This document shows positions 50,805-59,007 of a stretch of DNA of 64,000 nt, one piece after another; the first letter of the stretch is position 1, and each line of letters opens with the position of its first letter. A program made the translations under genes and the position numbers. This DNA comes from Leptospira biflexa (lineage in GTDB: Bacteria > Spirochaetota > DYNZ01): assembly GCA_020720805.1 (NCBI GenBank), contig DYNZ01000003.1, positions 35,927 to 99,926 of the forward strand. Reading direction: 5' to 3'. A model generated the notes under the pieces. It made no database searches. It worked only from the letters and a program-made list of their open reading frames with translations, and was not told where the DNA came from.

Positions 50805-51254
50805 TTATAAATGACGTAATAGAAATTTTTCGTACTTTTGCACCCAGGATGGAGAACCATTCTGGGATAGTTGTATCGAAAAAGCTACCGCTAGTAAGGC
50901 TGCTCCTATGCCAAAAAAAACACTGATGAGGGCATAATATCCAACAGGCATCGATAAAACGTCCTTTGGGAAATAGATCCTCATGACCAAAGGTACAACC
51001 ATTAGGGTAAAAAAACCAATCAAAAAAAACAACGACCAGATTAAGGGCTGCATCGCTTTATGATGAATTGGTGCAAAAAGGCGTACATAGAGAGATTCCG
51101 GTACATTTTTCTGCGGTATGGCGCGCAATCCCCTGATGATGCTCTCCATGATCACTTTTTCATTACGGCATTCGGAACAGATTAAAATGTGATCGATGGC
51201 CTCTGATGAAAGATTTTCCGGATCTTGATATATCTCTTTTCTATAATGTTTCAT
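50805..51254 (-). CDS. membrane-anchored zinc-binding anti-sigma factor (ZAS-like)
   Basis: 149 aa. HxxxCxxC motif (HILICSEC) in the N-terminal cytoplasmic part. Two predicted TM helices. Overlaps the sigma gene by 4 bp. Confidence 0.7.
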   Translation of the reverse strand: MKHYRKEIYQDPENLSSEAIDHILICSECRNEKVIMESIIRGLRAIPQKNVPESLYVRLFAPIHHKAMQPLIWSLFFLIGFFTLMVVPLVMRIYFPKDVLSMPVGYYALISVFFGIGAALLAVAFSIQLSQNGSPSWVQKYEKFLLRHL

Positions 51255-51781
51255 ATAAACTCCTGATCTTCTAATTTTTTTCGTAGAATCTGTTTTCCTC
51301 TGTGAATATTTGCTTTTAGCGTACCTTCATTGATCGAAAGTTTTACGGCGATATTGGCATAGCTGAGCTCTTCATAATAGTAGAGTAATAACGGTAGCCG
51401 GTACTTTTCAGGTAGGCTTTCTAATGCCTTTGCCACAACCTCATTTTGATCCCGTGCAGACAGAGCCTGGAAGGGATCGCTGCCAATGCCTGAAATCGCC
51501 ATTGTTTCGATTTCATCATCCGAGCTGAAGAACCACTCAGTTTTTTTTTTCCTGAGACGGTTTAACCCCTCGTTCAAAGCAAGCGAATAGAGCCAGGTCG
51601 AGAATTTTGCTCTTCCGGCAAATTGATCAAGGCGGCTGAAGGCCTTCTCGTACACATCCTGCGAAAAATCGAGCGCATCCTCTTCATTTCGAAAGAGCCT
51701 GAGCCCAAGGTTATAAATCATTTTCGATGTATCGAAAAATAGCTGCTCCTTGTCGAAAATATCTACATCACTCCTGTTCAC
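51251..51781 (-). CDS. ECF-subfamily RNA polymerase sigma-70 factor
   Basis: 176 aa with a GTG start. Region 2 (ALDFSQDVYEKAF) and region 4 HTH (LSYANIAVKLSINEGTLKANIHRG). Contains a 10-A homopolymer (plus-strand T run, 51541-51550) encoding KKK. Confidence 0.85.
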   Translation of the reverse strand: MNRSDVDIFDKEQLFFDTSKMIYNLGLRLFRNEEDALDFSQDVYEKAFSRLDQFAGRAKFSTWLYSLALNEGLNRLRKKKTEWFFSSDDEIETMAISGIGSDPFQALSARDQNEVVAKALESLPEKYRLPLLLYYYEELSYANIAVKLSINEGTLKANIHRGKQILRKKLEDQEFI

Positions 51782-51799
51782 TCGAAAGCCAGCACCGAA

Positions 51800-52135
51800 T
51801 CATAGCTCATTTTTTTGCATCAAGAAGAAAAAAAGCAAAAACCCCAAACCGACAGAAAAAGGAATTAGACCACCAAAAGAGGCGTAGCTTACTCCATCGA
51901 TAATGATAAAAAAGATGGTCATGGGCAAACCTAACGCTGTCGCTACTGTTCCAATCAGTAAAGACCAGGATCGGATGTTTTTCCAGAACTGCGGTTCATA
52001 ATGGCCGCTTTTGATGATCTCTCTCTGGATGCGATAGCGCCAGAGTAGGAAGAAAAATAGCAGGATGGATCCTGCTACAATGCCTACAAGGGGGACTATG
52101 GCTAATATAATTTGTGCAGTGGTACTCTCGTGCAT
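51800..52135 (-). CDS. small 3-TM membrane protein, unknown function
   Basis: The ORF opens at 52177, but ATG 52135 has an AGGAAG Shine-Dalgarno 4 nt upstream (111 aa). Three hydrophobic helices. Ends 18 bp upstream of the sigma factor gene. Confidence 0.55.
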   Translation of the reverse strand: MHESTTAQIILAIVPLVGIVAGSILLFFFLLWRYRIQREIIKSGHYEPQFWKNIRSWSLLIGTVATALGLPMTIFFIIIDGVSYASFGGLIPFSVGLGFLLFFFLMQKNEL

Positions 52136-52280
52136 ATTGCTTCCTGAATCAATTTGAATAGGAAAACCAATTTCCATACGAATAACATCCCATTGGACAG
52201 ATTTTTATCTTTGAAAGTTGCAAAAAATCAGTTTTCTCTATAGGAATTGGCATTTTTTAAACGGTTAGTATTACCATCTT

Positions 52281-53627
52281 CTAAGAGGATTCATCGATAG
52301 GTTCAACAATCATCTCCATCCCTTGTACGGCAACGACACGAACTTTATTCCCAGGGTATAGGTTCTCTTTTGACGTGGAAGAAGAGGATGCGTTCCATGT
52401 CTCTCCGTGCAGGAAGATCTTTCCGGATTTTTCCGGTAGTATCTCCTTGGTTACCTTTGCCTTTTGGCCGACTAACCCCTCAAGACCTGTAATTGGTCTG
52501 CGCAGGGCTGTTTTTCCAATAAAATAAAGAATAAAGCCAAGAAAAGCAGAGAGGGTGATGGCTAGAGAGACAACCAGCAGCCACGAAACATTCAGGTCTG
52601 ACTCCGGAGTGTCAAACAGGAATAGGGCCCCTAAAACAAAACTGATGATTCCTCCTGAACCGAGTATGCCAAAACTAGGAACCATAAATTCCGCTGAGAG
52701 TAGTAAAATTGCCAGGATAATTAGAGCCAACCCACCATAGTTTATGGGAAGAATCTGCAGGCTTACTAAACCGAGTAAGAAGGAGATACCGCCCAAAACT
52801 CCCGGGAAATAGGTTCCGGGATGGTAGATCTCGGCAATGATGCCAATAGAACCCAATGATAACAGCAAGAGTGCGATATTGGGGATGCTAAGGATATTGA
52901 GAATTTTTTGTACCAGGGTCATCTCCTTTGGCACCTGGATAAGATTTTCTGTGTGCAATTGACGGGTTTTTCCGAGAACTGTAACTGTACGACCATGAAC
53001 CTGTTTTAATAGCGATTGGTAATCGGTGGCGATGAGATCGACAACACCCCTCTCTTTGGCCTTTTCGGCTGTTAAAGAGTGGCTATATTTTACAGCCTCA
53101 ATGGCCCATTTCGCGTTTCGCCCGGTTTTATTGGCAATGGCTTCAATAAATGAGGAGGCATAGTTTTCTACTTTTTTGGCCATATCCTTACCCCCTTCCT
53201 CTTGAATATCTTTGCCGGAGCCAGAAACGGGGTGGGCAGAACCAATACTGGTGCCTGGAGCCATCGCGGCCACATGTGCAGCCATGGTTATAAAAACACC
53301 TGCAGATGTGGCACTTGCACCCGCAGGGGCAATTAGAATGAGTACAGGGATAGGGGAATTCAGGATGGTCTGGACAATCTCTTTTGTGGAAGAGAGTAAC
53401 CCACCTGGCGTGTCCAGTTCGATCAGTATAAGTTCATGATGGCTTGCTGTTGCAAATCGGATGCCTTTCTGGATGTAATCTGCTGAAGCGGGATTGATTC
53501 CTCCTTTTATTTGAAGGTAGGTATATGTCCTTACCTGGTTGGCAGCAGGCAAGAGGGCGACAAAGAGAATCAGTTGCATCATAAATATCCAGAATACAGG
53601 TAAAAATTTTCTCATTTTTATTCCCAT
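52281..53627 (-). CDS. NfeD-family membrane-bound ClpP-class serine protease (stomatin-operon partner protein)
   Basis: 448 aa. N-terminal signal/TM. ClpP-like protease domain (TPGGLLSSTKEIV ... catalytic Ser region). Central multi-TM segment. C-terminal OB-fold-like domain. Confidence 0.8.
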   Translation of the reverse strand: MGIKMRKFLPVFWIFMMQLILFVALLPAANQVRTYTYLQIKGGINPASADYIQKGIRFATASHHELILIELDTPGGLLSSTKEIVQTILNSPIPVLILIAPAGASATSAGVFITMAAHVAAMAPGTSIGSAHPVSGSGKDIQEEGGKDMAKKVENYASSFIEAIANKTGRNAKWAIEAVKYSHSLTAEKAKERGVVDLIATDYQSLLKQVHGRTVTVLGKTRQLHTENLIQVPKEMTLVQKILNILSIPNIALLLLSLGSIGIIAEIYHPGTYFPGVLGGISFLLGLVSLQILPINYGGLALIILAILLLSAEFMVPSFGILGSGGIISFVLGALFLFDTPESDLNVSWLLVVSLAITLSAFLGFILYFIGKTALRRPITGLEGLVGQKAKVTKEILPEKSGKIFLHGETWNASSSSTSKENLYPGNKVRVVAVQGMEMIVEPIDESS

Positions 53628-53815
53628 CGCTTCTCTTCTATGTTGTTAGTTTCCAATTTGACAGATTTTTTTGCCTTTTAAATCATTTTTATTAATTTAT
53701 TTGAATAATAACTGATTTTTTTCGTTTTTATTATAAGCAGCTAACCTAATGGTTTTTTATGTGAATGAGGATCTTACAAAAAATTTTCCATATATACCGA
53801 AAAAAATTCGGTCGA

Positions 53816-53844
53816 CTCACACGATGTGAGGAGTGCGAAGAGCA
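53816..53844. repeat. copy A of a ~29-bp conserved element containing the palindrome CTCACA-cga-TGTGAG
   Basis: 26 of 29 positions identical to copy B (62730-62758). Lies ~300 bp upstream of the HD-GYP regulator gene. A related second half-element, GCACTTTCTTCGCAGTATAAATC, sits at 54082-54104. Confidence 0.6.
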
Positions 53845-54120
53845 GGATTGCTCAAGTGTCGATTTTGCTAGGGCAGCAAAAAATCGACCCGGATTTGACA
53901 GGGCAGCTTTTTGTGACGTCCTGTCACAGCTGCATAAGTTACATCCTGTAACTCAGATGTCAAAAATCCGATCCCATGGCATCGCCTTGGGAGACCAAAG
54001 CTTTTTGGATAATGAAACTTTTGCTTAACTTAGTTTATCCCGAGCGTTGTCGAGGGATCGAAGCACTAGAAAGGGCGAAAAGCACTTTCTTCGCAGTATA
54101 AATCAAGGTCAGAACAAGAT

Positions 54121-55205
54121 ATGATTCGAAAGCCAATACAAACCCTTATCAAGCAGGCATCCATTCTCATCGTTGACGATCAGATGACAAATATTGTGTT
54201 GTTAGAGAAGATTCTGCGCTCGGACGGTTACCAGAATATTACCTCCACAACGCAACCCATAGATGTTCTGGAACTATATATGGCAAATCAGTTTGATATT
54301 GTTTTACTTGATCTGGAAATGCCCCGGTTGAATGGCTTTGAGGTTTTGGAACAACTTCAGAATTTTGAGAGAGACAATTATGTTCCTGTCCTTGTGGTAA
54401 CTGCCCAGAGCGAAGAGGACATTCGCCTTCAGGCACTGCAGCAGGGAGCCAAGGATTTTATCACCAAACCCTACAATAGTCTGGAGGTTTTAAACCGGAC
54501 CCGAAATATGATCGAGGTGCGCATTCTCAATAAGCAGCTTTTGAATCAAAATCGTATCCTGGAAGAGCGGGTTCTGGCGAGAACCCAGGAGCTGGAGAAT
54601 ACCCGTTTTGAGGTGATTCAGCGTTTAGCCAGAGCCGCGGAATACCGTGATCAGGAGACCGGCAACCATATTTTGAGGATGAGCCACGTAAGCAGGCTTT
54701 TGGCAGAGAAGTTGGGATGGCAGCAATATGATCTGGAGGTTATTTAAATGCGAGTTCACTTCATGATATAGGTAAAATTGGGATTCCTGACAAAATCCTA
54801 CTGAAATCAGGTCCGCTTGATCCGCAGGAATGGGAGATTATGAAGACTCATGTTATCATTGGAGCGGAAATTATGGAAAATGCAAGCCATACACTGCTGC
54901 AGATGGCAAAGACCATTGCCTTAACCCATCATGAAAAGTGGGATGGTAGCGGGTATCCCTTTGGACTCAAGGGAGAAGAAATTCCTATGGCAGGCAGGAT
55001 TGCTGCGCTTGCGGATGTGTTTGATGCTCTCTTATCTGTAAGACCATATAAGAGATCCTGGTCTCTTGACGAAGCGGTGACGGAGATAAAAAACCAGAGC
55101 GGGCGGCATTTTGATCCTCGCTTGGTGGATATCTTTTTGGAAAACCAGGTGGCTATTCTTGCTATTTATCAGAAATTTCGTGATAGTAGTTTAGAAAATG
55201 GATAG
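54121..55205 (+). pseudogene. REC-HD-GYP response regulator (RpfG-like c-di-GMP phosphodiesterase) interrupted by a single-nucleotide frameshift
   Basis: ORF 54121-54747 (frame 1) encodes the REC domain and the start of HD-GYP, then hits TAA at 54745. The HD-GYP signature LHDIGKIGIPDKILLK is readable in frame 3 from 54747 and continues into ORF 54840-55205 (HHEKWDGSGYP). The frames join with a 1-nt indel in TATTTAAAT (54741-54749). Confidence 0.8.
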
Positions 55206-55235
55206 TCTAAGTTAGTGCCTGGCAGGTTATTTTAA

Positions 55236-55276
55236 TAAAAAAAGCTGCACCTAGGAACGTTTCCACAGAGTGCAGC
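55236..55276 (-). terminator. Rho-independent terminator of fba
   Basis: On the minus strand, stem GCTGCAC / GTGCAGC (55244-55250 and 55270-55276) is followed by a U-tract from the plus-strand A8 run (55236-55243). Confidence 0.7.
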
Positions 55277-55287
55277 CATCAAACATC

Positions 55288-56268
55288 TTAAGCGCGTCCT
55301 GCGCTGCCAAGCACCGCTTCGTTTTTATGCCGAATAATTTTTACCAGCTCTTCTCGGGCCGGCCCTAGGTATTTGCGCGGATCGAATTCGTCGAGTTTTT
55401 CTGCCAGAACCTTTCGGATCAGAGCTGTAAATGCTAATCGTCCATCGCTGTCGATGTTGATTTTACATACTGCTGATTTTGCTGCCCGGCGCAACTGCTC
55501 TTCGGGTACTCCCGCTGCGTTTTCAATGCGTCCCCCATATTGATTAATCATGGCTACATATTCAGGTAAGACAGATGAGGCTCCATGTAGAACTATAGGA
55601 AATCCGGGTATCCTTTTTTCTACCTCATCAAGGATATCAAAACGTAGAGGAGGTGGATTTTCGCCTGGTTTGACCTTGAATTTATAGGCGCCATGCGATG
55701 TTCCTATGGAAATGGCGAGGCTATCCACGCCAGTCCTTTTTACAAACTCTTCGACCTCTTCGGGCTTAGTGTAGTGGCTTACTTCCGAGGATACCTCATC
55801 TTCAATGCCAGCCAGAACTCCCAATTCAGCCTCGACGGTCACATCATGGGCATGGGCGTACTCAACCACCTTTTTGGTAAGAGCAATATTTTCATCAAAG
55901 GAGTGGTGAGAAGCATCAATCATAACAGAAGAGAAGCCGGTATCCACACATGACTTGCAAAGTTCGTAGCTGTCGCCATGATCAAGATGCAGGGCTATAG
56001 GAATATTTCCACCCATCTCCCGCATCATTGCCACAGCTCCCATAGCCATATATTGGAGGAGGGTCTGGTTAGCATAATCGCGCGCCCCCTTGGAAACCTG
56101 CAGTATGACAGGGGAACGAGATTCAGTACATGCTCTGACAATTGCCTGCAATTGCTCCATGTTATTAAAGTTGTAAGCCGGTATGGCATATCCGCCGGCC
56201 ATGGCCTTTTGAAACATCTCTTTGGTATTTACCAGACCTAACTCAGAATAATGCGTGGTCTTGGACAT
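55288..56268 (-). CDS. fba: class II fructose-bisphosphate aldolase
   Basis: 326 aa. GGYAIPAYNFNNMEQ and PVILQVSKGA motifs. Zn-binding His residues. Confidence 0.9.
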   Translation of the reverse strand: MSKTTHYSELGLVNTKEMFQKAMAGGYAIPAYNFNNMEQLQAIVRACTESRSPVILQVSKGARDYANQTLLQYMAMGAVAMMREMGGNIPIALHLDHGDSYELCKSCVDTGFSSVMIDASHHSFDENIALTKKVVEYAHAHDVTVEAELGVLAGIEDEVSSEVSHYTKPEEVEEFVKRTGVDSLAISIGTSHGAYKFKVKPGENPPPLRFDILDEVEKRIPGFPIVLHGASSVLPEYVAMINQYGGRIENAAGVPEEQLRRAAKSAVCKINIDSDGRLAFTALIRKVLAEKLDEFDPRKYLGPAREELVKIIRHKNEAVLGSAGRA

Positions 56269-56379
56269 GAAAGCCTCCTGATATAAAGTGCAGATTTATT
56301 TCATCTACATATTTGGATCAGGAGGCAGGGGGTGACAAGGATTTTTTTAGCAATTTTAAGTGGGCTTTGGCAAGATTTC

Positions 56380-57174
56380 CTAACTGAATTTTCCGGTTAA
56401 ATATTCATTGGTTTTTGGATGTTTGGGGTTGAGAAAAATTGTCTCTGTATCACCAAATTCGATTAAATCACCAAGCAAAAAGAAAACGGAGTAATCGGAG
56501 ATTCGCGAAGCCTGCTGCATGTTGTGGGTAACAATGACAATGGTATATTCCGTTTTCAATTCGTAGATAAGCTGTTCTATGCGCGAGGTGGCAATAGGAT
56601 CCAGAGCGGATGTCGGTTCGTCAAAAAGAATAATTTCCGGTTTGACAGCGATGGTTCTGGCAATGCACAGGCGCTGCTGCTGACCGCCCGACAAACTGGT
56701 TCCAGGGTGACGAAGCTTATCCTTGACCTCATCCCAAAGCCCCACTTTCAATAAATTTTCTTCTACAAGTTCGTCCAACTCTACCTTTCTCTTTTTTTCA
56801 TTCACCAAACGGTATCCGGCAGTGACGTTTTCATATATCGACATTGTGGGAAAGGGATTGGGCTTTTGAAACACCATACCGATTTTACGTCGGATAACTC
56901 GCGGATCCATAGCAAAGAAGTCCTTATCATGAAACATGATATCCCCTTCGATACTGGCCTCGTCGATTAACTCGTGCATGAGATTGAGGCATCTGATAAA
57001 TGTGGATTTTCCGCAACCAGATGGCCCCATGATTGCGGTTACCTGCTTTTCAGGAATATCAACATTGATGCTATGCAGCGCTTTATGAGAACCATAATAG
57101 GCGTTTAGATTTCTGATTTTGAGGATTGGCTGAAAGGCAAATCCGTGAAATGTGGTCTTTGTTGCTGTTTCCAT
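56380..57174 (-). CDS. pstB: phosphate ABC transporter ATP-binding protein
   Basis: Walker A GPSGCGKST, ABC signature LSGGQQQR. The ORF track extends to 57291, but ATG 57174 (METATKTT) is more plausible: the extended start would overlap pstA by 109 bp, whereas ATG 57174 gives the typical PstB length (~264 aa) and abuts the pstA stop. Confidence 0.85.
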   Translation of the reverse strand: METATKTTFHGFAFQPILKIRNLNAYYGSHKALHSINVDIPEKQVTAIMGPSGCGKSTFIRCLNLMHELIDEASIEGDIMFHDKDFFAMDPRVIRRKIGMVFQKPNPFPTMSIYENVTAGYRLVNEKKRKVELDELVEENLLKVGLWDEVKDKLRHPGTSLSGGQQQRLCIARTIAVKPEIILFDEPTSALDPIATSRIEQLIYELKTEYTIVIVTHNMQQASRISDYSVFFLLGDLIEFGDTETIFLNPKHPKTNEYLTGKFS

Positions 57175-57182
57175 GTTATTTA

Positions 57183-58019
57183 TTAGCCTCTTTTGTTGGA
57201 TAGACGATGTACAATCATTTTTGAAATAATATTGAGTACAATAACAATCGCTACAAGAATAATCGATGCAGCCCAGGCTAATTTGTGCCATGAGGGATAG
57301 GGGCTCATGGCAAAATTGTAAATCTGAAGTGGCATAGCTGCCATTGGGCTGGCAATATTCATCGAAAAGAATTGATTGCCAAAGGTAGTAAATAGTAAGG
57401 GAGCAGTCTCCCCTGCTATACGTGCTATGGCGATAATGATACCTGTTATGACTCCACTTATGGCCGATCGTAAAACAACAAAAATAGTGGTGCGCCAGTG
57501 ACTTGTTCCCAACGCTAAGGCTGCTTCTTTCAAAGAGGGGTGGATGAGATTCATCATCTCTTCTGTAGTCCGGGAAATATAGGGGAGCATCATTATTGAG
57601 AGGGCGATTCCTGCTGAGATGGCTGAGTACTGACCCAAAGGACGTACAATAAGAGCATAGGCGAAAATACCTATAACGATTGAAGGAATGCCCTGTAATA
57701 CCTCTGCTGCGAGACGAACCATGTCAGCAAAACGACTATGTTTGTTCTCGTACAAGAAAATTCCTACAGCAATCCCGATAGGAATACCTAAAATTGATGC
57801 AATCAGAATGAGATTGAGAGTGCCCACGATTCCGTTGGCAATTCCGCCACCGCTCTCCCCGACCGCTTTTGGTATTTCCGTAAATAGATCCAGACTAAGG
57901 CTAGAGGCTCCCTCGACAAGTAGATAGAAAACGAGAAAAAGAAGGGGTAGAATAGAAAAAATTGTAAATAAAATTACAGAAGCCAGGAAAAGATTATCTT
58001 TTACTTTTCGTATCAGCAT
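57183..58019 (-). CDS. pstA: phosphate ABC transporter permease PstA
   Basis: 278 aa. 6-TM permease with EAA-like loop. Gene order pstS-pstC-pstA-pstB. Confidence 0.85.
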   Translation of the reverse strand: MLIRKVKDNLFLASVILFTIFSILPLLFLVFYLLVEGASSLSLDLFTEIPKAVGESGGGIANGIVGTLNLILIASILGIPIGIAVGIFLYENKHSRFADMVRLAAEVLQGIPSIVIGIFAYALIVRPLGQYSAISAGIALSIMMLPYISRTTEEMMNLIHPSLKEAALALGTSHWRTTIFVVLRSAISGVITGIIIAIARIAGETAPLLFTTFGNQFFSMNIASPMAAMPLQIYNFAMSPYPSWHKLAWAASIILVAIVIVLNIISKMIVHRLSNKRG

Positions 58020-58996
58020 TATCTGCCCACCCCTCTTTGGATTTTCTTTATGATAATTCGAGCTGCAAAGTTGATCACAGTGGTAATGATAAAAAGAATC
58101 AAACCGATTTCAATTAGAGCGGACCTATAGAGATCCCCCGCTTCTGCAAATTCATTAGCGATAACGGAGGCAAGGGTATTGGCCGGGTCATAGAGAGATG
58201 TTGGAATGGAAAATTTATTTCCAATCACCATTGTTACAGCCATGGTCTCTCCAATTGCTCGGCCTAGTGCCAGAATGAGTCCGGCGCCGATTCCAATGCG
58301 GGCGTAAGGGAGAATGACATAGCGAATGACCTCAAATTTCGTTGCGCCCAGACTATAGCCAGCCTCTTTAATGTCAGCCGGAACCTGTTTCAAGGTGTCC
58401 TTTGCAATAGCTGTAGCGTACGGTAATATCATGATAACAAGGACATTGATTGCTGCAAATAGACCAATTCCTGTAGGCTCTCCATCCAGAAAGGGGATCC
58501 AGGAAAAATAGGTTGCTAAAAAGGCTTCGATTTTTCTTAGGAAAGGAACAAAGATAAGAATCCCCCAAAACCCATAAATAATAGAAGGAATGGAGGCAAG
58601 AGTCTCCACCAGGAACTCGATAACTCTCCCGAAGCGGTTATCCGCATATTCACTGACAAAGATAGCCACGGATAGCGCATGGGGAATCGCTATAAGAAGA
58701 GCTGCAAATGAGGTCAACAAGGTTCCAACAATAAAAGGGAGAGCACCATACTGTTCCTTCACGGGGTTCCACTGCGACGAGAACAAAAAAGAGAATCCAA
58801 ATTGCTTCATCGAAGGGAACGAGTCTACAATAAGCTGAAGTAAAATAAGCACAATAATGGATATTAGTATTGCAGCACTGACCATGAGCACAGATCGGTA
58901 GATTTTATCCGATCTGGAAATGGTCTTTATTATCCTCTTTTTGCTTTTTGGCGAGTCAGGGGATGGCTGCATAATGTTGCTGGTTGTTTCTGCCAT
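58019..58996 (-). CDS. pstC: phosphate ABC transporter permease PstC
   Basis: 325 aa. Polytopic permease following pstS. Confidence 0.85.
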   Translation of the reverse strand: MAETTSNIMQPSPDSPKSKKRIIKTISRSDKIYRSVLMVSAAILISIIVLILLQLIVDSFPSMKQFGFSFLFSSQWNPVKEQYGALPFIVGTLLTSFAALLIAIPHALSVAIFVSEYADNRFGRVIEFLVETLASIPSIIYGFWGILIFVPFLRKIEAFLATYFSWIPFLDGEPTGIGLFAAINVLVIMILPYATAIAKDTLKQVPADIKEAGYSLGATKFEVIRYVILPYARIGIGAGLILALGRAIGETMAVTMVIGNKFSIPTSLYDPANTLASVIANEFAEAGDLYRSALIEIGLILFIITTVINFAARIIIKKIQRGVGR

Positions 58997-59007
58997 TTTT
59001 TCTAACC

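Noticed and set aside
53765-54028. 87-aa ORF in the NfeD/HD-GYP intergenic region
   Set aside because: The most conserved part of this region (the palindrome element) is shared with the purH upstream copy but translated in a different frame there (TRCEE vs SHDVR). Conservation is therefore at DNA level. No Shine-Dalgarno and an odd Cys/Glu-rich composition. Treated as non-coding.
54741-54749. programmed ribosomal frameshift in the HD-GYP gene
   Set aside because: The frame 1 to frame 3 transition does not sit on an X_XXY_YYZ slippery heptamer in the zero frame, and no downstream pseudoknot is evident. An indel (sequencing error or mutation) is the simpler explanation.
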